NCBI GenBank assembly: GCA_045123075.1
Contig: JBGVIJ010000027.1
Location: 11,857 to 75,856, forward strand
DNA: 64,000 bases
Source: Phascolarctobacterium sp.
GTDB lineage: Bacteria > Bacillota > Negativicutes > Acidaminococcales > Acidaminococcaceae
Direction of reading: 5' to 3'
A program made the translations under genes and the position numbers. This document shows, piece after piece, positions 27,340 to 37,318 of the stretch (positions within the stretch are counted from its first letter, which is position 1; each line of letters begins with the position of its first letter). The notes below the pieces were generated by a model, which was given only the letters and a program-made list of their open reading frames with translations, did no database searches and had not been told where the DNA came from.

Positions 27340-28623
27340 TTATAAATGCTCTTCTCGCCACTCGCCAAGCAGAGCCGTAAAATTGTCCCACAGTCCCGGT
27401 AAACTTGCCAACGCAGCTTCTGCCTTAGCACGTTCCCAACCGCAGAACATTGCGCCTTCATATTGCAAGGCAGCATCTTCAGGATAATGCTGCATGATTT
27501 CGCCAATGAGCATATCGTTGACATAATCATCGTGCAGTAAACCAAGCATATCCTGTAAAGATTTAAGACTACGAAGCAAGCTATTAGGTAAGTAAATTTC
27601 AGGCACGCCTTGCAATCCGTAACGGAAGCGTTTAACCTTCAATCTAAGCTTATGCAGTTGCTCCATATCACTAAATTCAGGATATTTTTCCTTTAATGTC
27701 ATCAGCTTATCACACCACAAACCAAGTCGCAAGCGGATAAATGCTTTTAAACGCAATTCCCTATAATTTTCGGGAATTATTGCGTTTTGCATTAAAAGAA
27801 GCATCTCTGCAAGCTGTAAAGTTACTCCATTAAGTTTGCTACTGCTTAAAATTTTCTTGGAAGCTTTCACGCGACATTCCTGCAAGATTTCTTCCAAACG
27901 AGACACTTCTTCAGTAGAATCTTCGCCTTTTTGAGCGTGTCTAATCTTCATGCAAGTCAGAAGTGCCACGTCATACTCACGAGCAGCACCAAGAACAGTA
28001 GTCCAACGCTTTACAAGCTGTTTATATTGCTCAAAGGAAGCTGCAGGCAAAAGTTCTTTAAAGAAAGTTAAGCAGGAGCGCAAACGGCGCAACTTAACAC
28101 GCAGTTGACGCACAAGATTACGCTCGTTAGTGCAGGTTAAGAGTTCGCCCCAGGCTTTGCTGGCAGCTAAAATATGCCAGGGCAGATGACAGTACAAAGC
28201 AGTATTTACTTCATCTTCATCATAAAACTCCATATCTTGAATACTGGAACGACCACGTAACTGCTTAGCACGCAAGAGCAAATCAGCTTCTTCCAAGACA
28301 AATTTAATCTTACCGGCAAGAAGCCTTTGTAAAAGCTTGCGCACTTCTTCCACAGCTTCACTTTCGTATTGAATCACAACTTCGTTTAAGGGTTGCAGGT
28401 TATCATTAATAACCATCACCCCGGTAATGCAAGTTACCTTATAGCCTACAGGATTCACCGGCACAAACTTTGTACGCTTATACTTTAGCAGATTGTCATC
28501 GGAAAGAAATTTTTCCTTTATTTTGTTTTTCACCGTTGATGGAGGCAAAAGCTTTTGCACCATCGTCAGCAATTGTCCTTTGTTTTTCAAGCAAAGTCCG
28601 TGCAAGCAAATTTTATGTTTCAT
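27340..28623 (-). CDS. CHAD domain-containing protein
   Basis: Repeated basic helices typical of CHAD: LRVKLRRLRSCLTFF and LHKLRLKVKRFRYGLQ. Confidence 0.8.
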   Translation of the reverse strand: MKHKICLHGLCLKNKGQLLTMVQKLLPPSTVKNKIKEKFLSDDNLLKYKRTKFVPVNPVGYKVTCITGVMVINDNLQPLNEVVIQYESEAVEEVRKLLQRLLAGKIKFVLEEADLLLRAKQLRGRSSIQDMEFYDEDEVNTALYCHLPWHILAASKAWGELLTCTNERNLVRQLRVKLRRLRSCLTFFKELLPAASFEQYKQLVKRWTTVLGAAREYDVALLTCMKIRHAQKGEDSTEEVSRLEEILQECRVKASKKILSSSKLNGVTLQLAEMLLLMQNAIIPENYRELRLKAFIRLRLGLWCDKLMTLKEKYPEFSDMEQLHKLRLKVKRFRYGLQGVPEIYLPNSLLRSLKSLQDMLGLLHDDYVNDMLIGEIMQHYPEDAALQYEGAMFCGWERAKAEAALASLPGLWDNFTALLGEWREEHL

Positions 28624-28639
28624 TAAGTCCTCTATGAAT

Positions 28640-29599
28640 TTAGCCTTTTACTTGGGCAGGCATGGGTTTGCCTTCCAAAGCAGCCAAGATATTATCAACA
28701 GTTAAGAGAGCCATTGCATCCCTAGTTTCAGTAGTAGCGGAAGCAATGTGGGGAGTAACGGTTACATTGGGCAAAGTCAAAAGCTTATGGTCGCCCGGCA
28801 AAGGTTCAGGATCAGTTACGTCCATTGCAGCGTGAGCAAGCTTGCCACTTACGAGAGCGTTATACATAGCTTCAGTATTAACAACCGCACCACGAGAAAT
28901 ATTAATCAAACGAGCGCCATCTTTCATTTTTGCAAAGGCAGCTTCGTCAAACAAGCCTTTAGTGGACGGATTCAAAGTTACTGCGATAACGATAAAATCT
29001 GCTTTAGCCAACAATTCATCAAAAGTAACGTAGGTTGCACCCAAAGCTTCATCATCAGCGCGACGATTACGATTATGATAAATAATATTCATTTTACTAG
29101 CTTGAGCACGTTTGGCAATAGCGCTACCAATATCGCCCATACCAACTACGCCCAAGGTTTTATTTGCTAAATCAGTAGTCAAGCCAAAGGGTTTATTTTG
29201 TCCCCAAGCACCACTTTTTACGTGAGCACAAGCTTTTACAATTTGGCGAGCGCTGTCCAGAATCAAAGCATAAGTCAAATCTGCCACAGCATCTACCAGT
29301 ACGCCAGGAGTGTTGCCAACAAGAACATTATGTGCGTTGCAGGCAGCAATGTCGATATTGTCGTAACCAACGGCAGCTTGACCAATTACTTTCAAATTAG
29401 GAGCTTTCGCCAAAAGTTCTTCATTTACTTTAATATTACCAGTGGAGAAGATTGCGTCTGCTTTTGCCAGCCATTCATCAAACTGTTCAGCAGGAACCTT
29501 GCCACCTTTTTGCCAACCAAGCAGGTTAACGGTTTCATTTAATTTTTCGTAAGCAACGTCACGCATTTTACCACTAGCGATTACTGTAAAGTTTTTCAT
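28640..29599 (-). CDS. D-isomer-specific 2-hydroxyacid dehydrogenase (glyoxylate/hydroxypyruvate reductase-like)
   Basis: GVVGMGDIGSAIA NAD fold, plus SRG and the catalytic H in TPHIAS. ATG 29599 lies 8 nt after AAGGAG. Confidence 0.92.
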   Translation of the reverse strand: MKNFTVIASGKMRDVAYEKLNETVNLLGWQKGGKVPAEQFDEWLAKADAIFSTGNIKVNEELLAKAPNLKVIGQAAVGYDNIDIAACNAHNVLVGNTPGVLVDAVADLTYALILDSARQIVKACAHVKSGAWGQNKPFGLTTDLANKTLGVVGMGDIGSAIAKRAQASKMNIIYHNRNRRADDEALGATYVTFDELLAKADFIVIAVTLNPSTKGLFDEAAFAKMKDGARLINISRGAVVNTEAMYNALVSGKLAHAAMDVTDPEPLPGDHKLLTLPNVTVTPHIASATTETRDAMALLTVDNILAALEGKPMPAQVKG

Positions 29600-29611
29600 A
29601 TTTATCACTCC

Positions 29612-30118
29612 TTATACAAAGATTTGCTTTACTAAAAGAACAGCGAGCGCGATACCAGCGCACATTTTGCCAATCAACGCAAGAAATCTCATCTTAGCAG
29701 TTTCCATCGCCAAGCGCCACGCGTCTTCACGCATACCACTTCGCAAATATTCATAGGCAAAGGCCGCCAAGAAAGCACCTATCAAACCGCCAATAAAAGA
29801 ACCTAAAATCGGCAAAATCCCCGTACCGATTAAAGTTCCAAAAAAGCCGCCAATGCCTATCATCAGCACGGCGAACCAAGAAACCTTATATCTTTTAATC
29901 CCAAACAGTGACACGCAAAATTCCCAGCATTCGCCTAATACGTAGATTAGTACCATGGCTGACAATAAACGCATGTCAAAATATTTAGCTTCATCATAAA
30001 AAGCAAACCCCAAGCTGGTCAACATCATCAAACTGTTACCAGGCAAATCAAAGATGGTTAGCAGTGGCCCAAGTACAACAATGATACCCGCTACCAGCCA
30101 TTCCATAAATATAAGCAT
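29612..30118 (-). CDS. DUF456-type membrane protein
   Basis: 168 aa, four TM helices, LPGN motif near the N-terminus. Confidence 0.78.
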   Translation of the reverse strand: MLIFMEWLVAGIIVVLGPLLTIFDLPGNSLMMLTSLGFAFYDEAKYFDMRLLSAMVLIYVLGECWEFCVSLFGIKRYKVSWFAVLMIGIGGFFGTLIGTGILPILGSFIGGLIGAFLAAFAYEYLRSGMREDAWRLAMETAKMRFLALIGKMCAGIALAVLLVKQIFV

Positions 30119-30265
30119 AAGCTACCTCCTAGGGTTTTTTATTAGAATATTATATCACAGAAAACCTTTCCTCCAATTAAATAAATTGAAATATATGTAA
30201 ACTCATTGTTTTTATCATACCAAGATGATAGAATACAAACAGATAATAGGAAACTGGAGGATTTT

Positions 30266-31369
30266 ATGGAAGAAATTTTAGTTTTATTAAAGCCTTGGCA
30301 AAATTCCATCCTTGCTCTTTTAGGCTTTGCCATCATTCGTCATCTTTACAAAACCGTTATCTTGAGAATATTACATAAAGCGACTCAGCTGAGTCCCTTT
30401 TCTCTTGACGAAGACATTCTTGAAGCATTCGAGCATCCCGTTAATTTAATGCTCGCCATCGGCGGTCTTTATTTTGCCATCAATCTTTCCCCTGTTGATA
30501 CCAATTACTGGGCAAACATTTTGGATAGAGTCTTGCGTAGCTCCATCGTATATTGTTTCTTCTGGGGTTGTTACAATATGTCCGACGCAACTCATGGCGT
30601 ACTTCTGAAAGTCATTGACAAAGCAGGTATTCGCTCCGAAGAAGCAGTTTCCAACATTTTGTCCACTATTTTGCGCATCTTGGTTATAGTGCTTGGCTTC
30701 GTAACCATTGCTAAAGAATGGAACTATGACATCAGCGGGTTCGTTGCTTCTTTAGGTATCGGTTCTTTGGCAGTAGCATTTGCTGCTAAAGACGCATTAG
30801 CAAACGTTTTCGGTAGCTTAATCATCATTTTGGACAAACCTTTCCAAATTGGCGAATGGGTTTTGGCAAATGGTACCGAAGGTATCGTAGAAAAAGTTAC
30901 CTTCCGCAGCACCTGTTTACGCACGTTCCTCAACGAATTAGTTTACATCCCCAACTCCCTTTTGAGCAACACTCCCATCGTAAACTATAGCCGTCGCGAA
31001 AAACGTCGTATCGATTTTGTTCTGGGTCTTACTTATAGCACCACCCATGACCAAATGGTAACGGTAATTGACAGGATTAAAACTTTCTTAAGCGAACAAG
31101 AAGATTTGCACACTGATGATATCCGCGTACATTTCGCTGAATACGCAGATAGCAGTTTAAACGTTCGCGTTACCTGTTATGCAAAAACTACTGATGGCAT
31201 CACCTACTTAGACATCGTTCAACGCATCAACTTGGCTTTGATGAAAATTATGGAAGAAACCGGCGTAAGCTGCGCTTTCCCCAGCACCAGTGTTTACTTT
31301 GAAACCCCTATGAAGAATGAACTCATTAACGCTAAAGATTTAGCAGAATCCATCAATAAGAAAGGATGA
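30266..31369 (+). CDS. mechanosensitive ion channel (MscS family)
   Basis: TM helices followed by the conserved block ALANVFGSLIIILDKPFQIGEWV. ATG follows GGAGG. Confidence 0.9.
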   Translation: MEEILVLLKPWQNSILALLGFAIIRHLYKTVILRILHKATQLSPFSLDEDILEAFEHPVNLMLAIGGLYFAINLSPVDTNYWANILDRVLRSSIVYCFFWGCYNMSDATHGVLLKVIDKAGIRSEEAVSNILSTILRILVIVLGFVTIAKEWNYDISGFVASLGIGSLAVAFAAKDALANVFGSLIIILDKPFQIGEWVLANGTEGIVEKVTFRSTCLRTFLNELVYIPNSLLSNTPIVNYSRREKRRIDFVLGLTYSTTHDQMVTVIDRIKTFLSEQEDLHTDDIRVHFAEYADSSLNVRVTCYAKTTDGITYLDIVQRINLALMKIMEETGVSCAFPSTSVYFETPMKNELINAKDLAESINKKG

Positions 31370-31374
31370 TAACT

Positions 31375-31680
31375 ATGGCATTAGAAATTAATAAAAATGA
31401 TTTTCAAGAAAAAGTCTTAAAAGCCAAAGAAACTGTTTTAGTAGACTTCTGGGCGCCTTGGTGCGGACCTTGCCGAATGCAAGCACCTGTCTTGGAAAAA
31501 TTTGCAGAAGAAAATCCTGCAGTAAAAGTTGTCAAAGTAAACGTAGATGACAACCAAGAATTAGCAATGGAATACAACATCACCAGTATTCCGTCCTTAA
31601 TCGTTTTCAAAAACGGTGAAGCAGTAAACTGTGCAGTAGGTTTACAATCCAAAAGTGCTTTGGAAGAATTAGTTAGATAA
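31375..31680 (+). CDS. trxA: thioredoxin
   Basis: VDFWAPWCGPCRM active site, about 100 aa. Confidence 0.95.
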   Translation: MALEINKNDFQEKVLKAKETVLVDFWAPWCGPCRMQAPVLEKFAEENPAVKVVKVNVDDNQELAMEYNITSIPSLIVFKNGEAVNCAVGLQSKSALEELVR

Positions 31681-31705
31681 AACTTAAGTTCATCTTACAA
31701 ATACG

Positions 31706-31734
31706 AAGGCTCTCAGTTTTAAACTGAGAGCCTT
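31706..31734. terminator. bidirectional terminator
   Basis: aaggctctcagttt-taa-aactgagagcctt. Confidence 0.85.
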
Positions 31735-31748
31735 TTAATTTTACTATC

Positions 31749-32774
31749 TTACCAGCCTTTACCAAACCCGCAGTTAGGAAAGGTGCAAACTGGGCAGTTC
31801 AAGCACAATCCACCTTCGCCCAACCGTGCCAGTTCTTGCACAGAAACTTTATCATCTGCCATAACACGAGGCAAAACTAAATCAAAAATTGTACGTTTCG
31901 CATACATGACGCAACCGGGTAACCCCATAATTGTTACGTCCTTACCGTAGTACGCCAAAAGAAACATTGCTCCGGGCAATACAGGTGCGCCGTAAGAAAC
32001 GATTTCTGCACCAGTATTCTTAATTGCAAGAGGAGTTCTATCATCAGGGTCAACACTCATACCACCAGTGCAAAGCACTACCTCCGCACCAAGTGCGATT
32101 GCTTCTAAAATAGCAGCGGTGATTTTTTCGTGGTCATCGCCTAAAACTACTTTGCTAATAACTTCTGCATCGTATTCTGCTACCTTAGCTTCAATGACAG
32201 GAGTAAAGGTGTCTTCTATTCTACCATAGAAAACTTCGTTACCAGTTGCAACGATAGCAACTTTTTTCTTTTTAAAAGGAAGCAAACGCAAAATAGGTTC
32301 ATTACCACAATGAACTTGTACCACTTCCATTTTTTCTTTTTCTATCACAAGAGGAATGATGCGCGTCCCCGCCAGCTTGTCCCCTTTTTTAACAGGAGTA
32401 TTGCCGTGACGAGTAGCAATCATCATTTGCCCGAAGCTATTTACAAAACGCAGCTTCTCTCCGTCAACTTTAAGCAAGCCGGCATATTCAGCACTTAAAT
32501 CTATTTTGCCTTCTTTAACTTCAGATTCAAGCATACCTTCATTTTTACAAAGGTCACATAAAATGCGGGCAGCATCATTTTCGTGAAGCATACTCTCATC
32601 AGCTTCCCACACGTAAAGATTATCCTTGCCAATGGAAAGTAGCACAGGAATATCCTCCTCTTTTACCACATGACCTTTTCGAAAAACTGCATCCTTGGTT
32701 ACGCCCTTAATTATTTGAGTTAAATCGTGACACAGTACGCAACCAACAGCATCTTCTGTTCTAATCAACTTCAT
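31749..32774 (-). CDS. molybdopterin-binding (MoeA/MoCF-biosynthesis-domain) protein with C-terminal Cys cluster
   Basis: The VAIVATGNE...CTGGMSVDPDD block is typical of MoCF_biosynth domains. The tail is CLNCPVCTFPNCGFGKGW. Confidence 0.78.
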   Translation of the reverse strand: MKLIRTEDAVGCVLCHDLTQIIKGVTKDAVFRKGHVVKEEDIPVLLSIGKDNLYVWEADESMLHENDAARILCDLCKNEGMLESEVKEGKIDLSAEYAGLLKVDGEKLRFVNSFGQMMIATRHGNTPVKKGDKLAGTRIIPLVIEKEKMEVVQVHCGNEPILRLLPFKKKKVAIVATGNEVFYGRIEDTFTPVIEAKVAEYDAEVISKVVLGDDHEKITAAILEAIALGAEVVLCTGGMSVDPDDRTPLAIKNTGAEIVSYGAPVLPGAMFLLAYYGKDVTIMGLPGCVMYAKRTIFDLVLPRVMADDKVSVQELARLGEGGLCLNCPVCTFPNCGFGKGW

Positions 32775-32778
32775 AATC

Positions 32779-33546
32779 TTACCTCTTTATAGTTGCGAAG
32801 CCATACTCCTCAAAAATCTTCTGTGCTTCGTCGCTTAACAAAAAGTCAGCAAACAATTTGCTCTCTTTTGTATCTTTTAAAATACCTAAACAATAAATTG
32901 CAGGCTTTGCCACTGTACCTTGGGGTGCTTCAGCCACAACCTGCACTTTTTCATTAGTCAAGGCGTCCGTAACATAAACAATGCCTGTATCCGCACTACC
33001 TTCCGCTACCCAATGCAAAACTTGGGTTACTCCTGTACCAAAGCTGGCACGCTTACTAACTTCATCCCATAAATTCAGATTCGTTAAAATTTCTTTGGCA
33101 TACTGCCCTGCTGGAACACTTTTAGGATCTCCCAAAGCAGGTTGTTTACTTAAAGCTAAATCTTCAAACTTAGTAATCTTCTTTGTAGAACCTTTAGGAA
33201 CAATCAATACCACCTTGTTCTCCAACAGTTCTAGAACATGCTCTTTTTTGACGATACCTTTCTTTTCCAGCGCCTGAATTTGCTTTGGCGAAGCGGAAAC
33301 AAAAATGTCCGCAGGTAAGCCCTGCTCTATTTGTAACTGCAAATTACCGGAACCAGAATAAGTCCCTTCAATTTTTATTTTAGGGTAACGTCCGTTAAAC
33401 AAAGGTATGAGCCTTTGAGTAAAAACCTTTTCTAAACTGGCAGCAGCTGCAATAGTTAAAGGTCTACTTTCTTGCTTGCCACAACCTGCCAAAATTAACA
33501 GAAAGCAAAGTAAAGCTGCCACAATTCGAAAGCTTTTAAATCTCAC
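32779..33546 (-). CDS. modA: molybdate ABC transporter substrate-binding lipoprotein
   Basis: Lipobox LAGC. Blocks TIAAAASL...SGSGNL...ADIFVSAS typical of ModA. Confidence 0.9.
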   Translation of the reverse strand: MRFKSFRIVAALLCFLLILAGCGKQESRPLTIAAAASLEKVFTQRLIPLFNGRYPKIKIEGTYSGSGNLQLQIEQGLPADIFVSASPKQIQALEKKGIVKKEHVLELLENKVVLIVPKGSTKKITKFEDLALSKQPALGDPKSVPAGQYAKEILTNLNLWDEVSKRASFGTGVTQVLHWVAEGSADTGIVYVTDALTNEKVQVVAEAPQGTVAKPAIYCLGILKDTKESKLFADFLLSDEAQKIFEEYGFATIKR

Positions 33547-34195
33547 TTGCTTTTGCCACCTGCCCCTGTTTTATCACATAAGCTGAGTTACACAGCTTCT
33601 TGATTTCACTTTTATTATGACTTACAAGCAAAGCGACTCCGCCAAATTCAGCCAAAGCAGCCCGTAATTCTCGCTGTAAATCTTCCTTCAAATCTTCATC
33701 CAATGCAGAAAAAGGTTCATCCAAAAGGATAACTTCCGGTTCCGCCGCTAAAAGTCGAGCTAGTGCTACTCTTTGCTTTTGACCACCGCTTAACTGACGA
33801 GGATAAGACTTTTCTAAACCTTGTAGCTTAAATTTTTCAACAAGTTTCTGTGCTCGTGCGTTAGCTTCCGCATCAGACAAGCCTTTAGCTTGCAAACCGC
33901 ACAAAATATTTTCCACCACATTCATATTGGGAAAAAGCGCGTAACTTTGAAATAAATAACCCACATTTCTTTTTTGTGGCGGCAAATTAACTTTAGCTTC
34001 ACTATCAAAAAGCACCTTGCCATCTAATACAATTTTGCCACTATCAGGAAGCTCAATTCCGGCAATGCATTTTAAAGTCATGCTTTTACCGCTACCACTT
34101 GCTCCCATTAAACCTGTTAAGCCATTCTCCAAGTTAAACTCTACTTGCAGGTTAAATTGGTTGAGCCTTTTAGCAATATTAACATAAAGTCCCAT
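33536..34195 (-). CDS. modC: molybdate-type ABC transporter ATP-binding protein (no TOBE domain)
   Basis: Walker A GASGSGKS, signature LSGGQKQR, Walker B ILLDEP. Confidence 0.82.
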   Translation of the reverse strand: MGLYVNIAKRLNQFNLQVEFNLENGLTGLMGASGSGKSMTLKCIAGIELPDSGKIVLDGKVLFDSEAKVNLPPQKRNVGYLFQSYALFPNMNVVENILCGLQAKGLSDAEANARAQKLVEKFKLQGLEKSYPRQLSGGQKQRVALARLLAAEPEVILLDEPFSALDEDLKEDLQRELRAALAEFGGVALLVSHNKSEIKKLCNSAYVIKQGQVAKASEI

Positions 34196-34198
34196 ACT

Positions 34199-34876
34199 TT
34201 AATTCCCCTGCCTTTTCTTGCACAGATACAGATACCAGTTCAAGCCAACAACCATAGCCAAGCAAATCACTACCACGATGGCAACGTAATAAGCTGCTTC
34301 ACTCATCTCACCAGATACTACGCTGGAATACACAGCCAAAGGAAGCGTACGTGTTTTGCCGACGATATTACCTGCAATCATGGCAGTTGCACCAAATTCA
34401 CCTAAACCTCTGGCAAAAGCAAGTACCCCACCAGAAACAATACCGGGAAGTGCATTAGGAAGCAAAACTTTCCGGAATATGCTCCACTCGCTCATACCCA
34501 AAGTTCTGCCTGCTTGCAAAAGTTCCACATCAACTTGCTCAAAAGCACCACGGGCAGAACGATACATTAGCGGGAAAGAAATTACTGCCGCCGCCAAAAC
34601 TGTTGCCACCCAAGAGAAAGCAATCTGCACGCCAAACTGTTGATTAAAAAATTGACCTACTGCACGATTATTGCCAAACACGTACAGCAAAAAGAAGCCT
34701 GTAACCGTAGGCGGTAAAACTAAGGGCAGGGACAAAATGCCATCTACAAAAATTTTGCTTAATTCATTTTCTCTGCGCACCACCCACCAAGCTGCAAGTA
34801 TGCCTAAGAAAAAGACAATAGCAATCGTCACAATAGCTGTTTTTAAGGAAATCCAAATAGGAGAAAAATCAATCAT
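34199..34876 (-). CDS. modB: molybdate ABC transporter permease
   Basis: EAA-loop region EQVDVELLQAGRTLGMS...FRKVLLP. Five to six TM helices. Confidence 0.9.
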   Translation of the reverse strand: MIDFSPIWISLKTAIVTIAIVFFLGILAAWWVVRRENELSKIFVDGILSLPLVLPPTVTGFFLLYVFGNNRAVGQFFNQQFGVQIAFSWVATVLAAAVISFPLMYRSARGAFEQVDVELLQAGRTLGMSEWSIFRKVLLPNALPGIVSGGVLAFARGLGEFGATAMIAGNIVGKTRTLPLAVYSSVVSGEMSEAAYYVAIVVVICLAMVVGLNWYLYLCKKRQGN

Positions 34877-35823
34877 TATCTACCACACTCATTTGCAGAG
34901 CCTTTTAAAATTCTCAGACCGTGTTCTAATTCAGGAAGCACAATCTCTAAACTTTCTTGCACAGCCTTAACACTACCGGGCAAATTCACAATCAAAGTAT
35001 TGTTGCGCAACACAGAAGCGCCCCTGCCTAGCATAGCCCGTTTAGTGATTGCCATGGAGCCTGCGCGGATAGCTTCCGCAATTCCGGGCACATTACGAGT
35101 CGCCACCGCCAAAGTTGCTTCGGGAGTACAGTCCCTGACGCTCATACCCGTTCCGCCAGTTGTAATGATTAAATCAACTTGTCTGCTATCGGCTAAACGA
35201 ATCATCTCACGTTCAATTTTCTTTTGCTCATCGGGAAGCAAAAGGGTTTCTACAATTTCGTAGCCTGCTACTTGAAGCATTGCTACTGCTTTCGGCCCGC
35301 TTTCATCAATGCGCTCACCAGTAAAGCCTTTATCACTTAAAGTCATTACTGCCGCACGTAAAGGTGCGTCTGCTTGTGGAAGCTCTGCGTGCATAACGTC
35401 GCCGGTTTTCATCACGCCACCATTTTTTACAATGGCGAAGACACCTTCGCGAGGCATAATGCAATCACCAACACGGTGAAAAATATTGCAATGGCTATGG
35501 CACTCTTTACCAATTTGCGTCATCTCCAAAACAACGTCACCGCATTTTAAAATTGTACCTACGGGAAGATTTTTAAAATCTAAACCACTAACAAGTACAT
35601 TCTCGCCGAAAGCACCATCATCTACATCGCCACCTTTAGCGTTAAATTCTTCCACCTTATTGTAAGAAAGCAAACTAACTTGGCGGTGCCATTTACCTGC
35701 GTGAGCATCACCTTCGATTCCGTAATCTTTTATGAAATTAGCTTCTTCGATAGCGTGCTTTTCAGTACCGCGGACAGTACTAATGCAAATAGCTTTTACA
35801 ACACCTTCTAATTGCATTACCAA
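34876..35823 (-). CDS. MOSC domain fused to MogA/MoaB-type molybdopterin adenylyltransferase domain
   Basis: N-terminal MOSC-like beta-barrel region ([10 protein letters not shown]...C.SHC). C-terminal block [10 protein letters not shown]...[15 protein letters not shown]. Confidence 0.82.
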   Translation of the reverse strand: MVMQLEGVVKAICISTVRGTEKHAIEEANFIKDYGIEGDAHAGKWHRQVSLLSYNKVEEFNAKGGDVDDGAFGENVLVSGLDFKNLPVGTILKCGDVVLEMTQIGKECHSHCNIFHRVGDCIMPREGVFAIVKNGGVMKTGDVMHAELPQADAPLRAAVMTLSDKGFTGERIDESGPKAVAMLQVAGYEIVETLLLPDEQKKIEREMIRLADSRQVDLIITTGGTGMSVRDCTPEATLAVATRNVPGIAEAIRAGSMAITKRAMLGRGASVLRNNTLIVNLPGSVKAVQESLEIVLPELEHGLRILKGSANECGR

Positions 35824-36299
35824 GTAAATTCACCACTCTTTCCACCGCTTTTAGAAAGCAAGTGCACATCAGTAATTACCATCTTTTTATCAATGGCTTT
35901 ACACATATCGTATATAGTCAACAAAGCAATTTGCACACCTGTCAGCGCTTCCATTTCCACACCGGTTTTACCATCGGTTTTTACAGTGCAACTTGCTTCA
36001 ATATAATTTTCTTCTTCGTTAATAGTAAAGTCTACGGTACATTTAGTGAGCACTAACAAATGACAAAGAGGAATCAGCTCACTGGTACGCTTTGCCGCCA
36101 TAATTCCGGCAACGCGGGCAACAGCAAGTACATCACCCTTTTTATTGGTGTTTTCTTTAATGCTAGCCAAAATTTCTTGGCTTACTAAAATTTTTCCACA
36201 GGCAATTGCAGTTCTATGGGTAACTTCCTTTTCAGAAACATCAACCATAACTGCATTGCCGTTTTTATCTAAATGAGTAAGTTCCATTTTAACCTCCAA
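35817..36299 (-). CDS. moaC: cyclic pyranopterin monophosphate synthase
   Basis: LTHLD..G.A.MVDVS.K, IPLCH and GVEMEALT motifs. Confidence 0.93.
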   Translation of the reverse strand: MEVKMELTHLDKNGNAVMVDVSEKEVTHRTAIACGKILVSQEILASIKENTNKKGDVLAVARVAGIMAAKRTSELIPLCHLLVLTKCTVDFTINEEENYIEASCTVKTDGKTGVEMEALTGVQIALLTIYDMCKAIDKKMVITDVHLLSKSGGKSGEFTW

Positions 36300-37248
36300 T
36301 AGCGCTCATTGGAAAATTAGCAGGACTAATTTCAAAAGCATGTCCTTGTGGTTTAGCGTAGATTGCTTGGCGCAAAACCTCAATAATTTTTTCATCAGTC
36401 GCATCACTACGCAACAAAGCCTTCAAATCAAAAGTTTCTTTTGCGTACAAGCAAGGCTTTAAAAGTCCGCTAGCAGTAAGGCGAATTCTATTACAGCTAT
36501 GACAGAATTTATTATGCAAGGGTTCAATAAAACCTATCGCACCGCTAAAACCTTCTGCCTGATAATAGACGGCAGGGCCATTACCAAGTAACGTCCTTAC
36601 TTCCACCAACTTTATTCCCGCTTCGCCAAACATCTTGCGAATTACATCGCCACTTAAACCTTGCAGTTCACTATTGCAATTTAAAGGCATCAGCTCAATA
36701 AAACGTAAGGAAATATTTCGTTTCTTAACAAGTTCAAGCAATGCCAGAAAATCATCTAAAAGCATATTACTTAAAGGCACGCAGTTAATCTTCACGGGCA
36801 AGCCTGCCAAGCAAGCTTCTTCAAGGGCAGCAAGCACTTCTTCAAGGCAATCACTACCAGTAATGTCAGCGTAAGTTTTAGCATTGCAACTATCCAAACT
36901 AATGTTAACACCATCAATACCAATAGCTTTCAAAGCCGGCAAATGCTTTCGTAACATTGTCCCATTAGTTGTCAAAGTAACTTGTTCAACGCCCTCAAGC
37001 TTTTTAAGTCTTTGCAAAAAATCTACGCAGTCCTTACGCAAAAGGGGTTCACCGCCGGTAAGCTTAAACCTTTTTATGCCAAGCTTCACCAAACTTTGAC
37101 ACAAGCGCAGGATTTCTTCGTATGTCAAAATATCTGCATGGGTAAGCTTGCTACTAAAATTAGGACGGCAGTACTTACATCTAAGATTGCAACGATCAGT
37201 TAAAGAAATTCGTATGTAGTTTATTTCTCTATCAAACTGGTCACGCAT
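36289..37248 (-). CDS. moaA: GTP 3',8-cyclase (radical SAM)
   Basis: CNLRCKYC radical-SAM cluster and C-terminal C..C motif [11 protein letters not shown]. Confidence 0.93.
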   Translation of the reverse strand: MRDQFDREINYIRISLTDRCNLRCKYCRPNFSSKLTHADILTYEEILRLCQSLVKLGIKRFKLTGGEPLLRKDCVDFLQRLKKLEGVEQVTLTTNGTMLRKHLPALKAIGIDGVNISLDSCNAKTYADITGSDCLEEVLAALEEACLAGLPVKINCVPLSNMLLDDFLALLELVKKRNISLRFIELMPLNCNSELQGLSGDVIRKMFGEAGIKLVEVRTLLGNGPAVYYQAEGFSGAIGFIEPLHNKFCHSCNRIRLTASGLLKPCLYAKETFDLKALLRSDATDEKIIEVLRQAIYAKPQGHAFEISPANFPMSAIGG

Positions 37249-37275
37249 AACTTTACCTCACAATTTTAGTAACAG

Positions 37276-37316
37276 TCTCATAAAAATAAATGTGGATTGC
37301 TCCACATTTATTTTTT
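37276..37316 (-). terminator. terminator after the xdh large subunit
   Basis: Hairpin aaataaatgtgga-gcaa-tccacatttattt on the minus strand. Confidence 0.6.
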
Positions 37317-37318
37317 AT

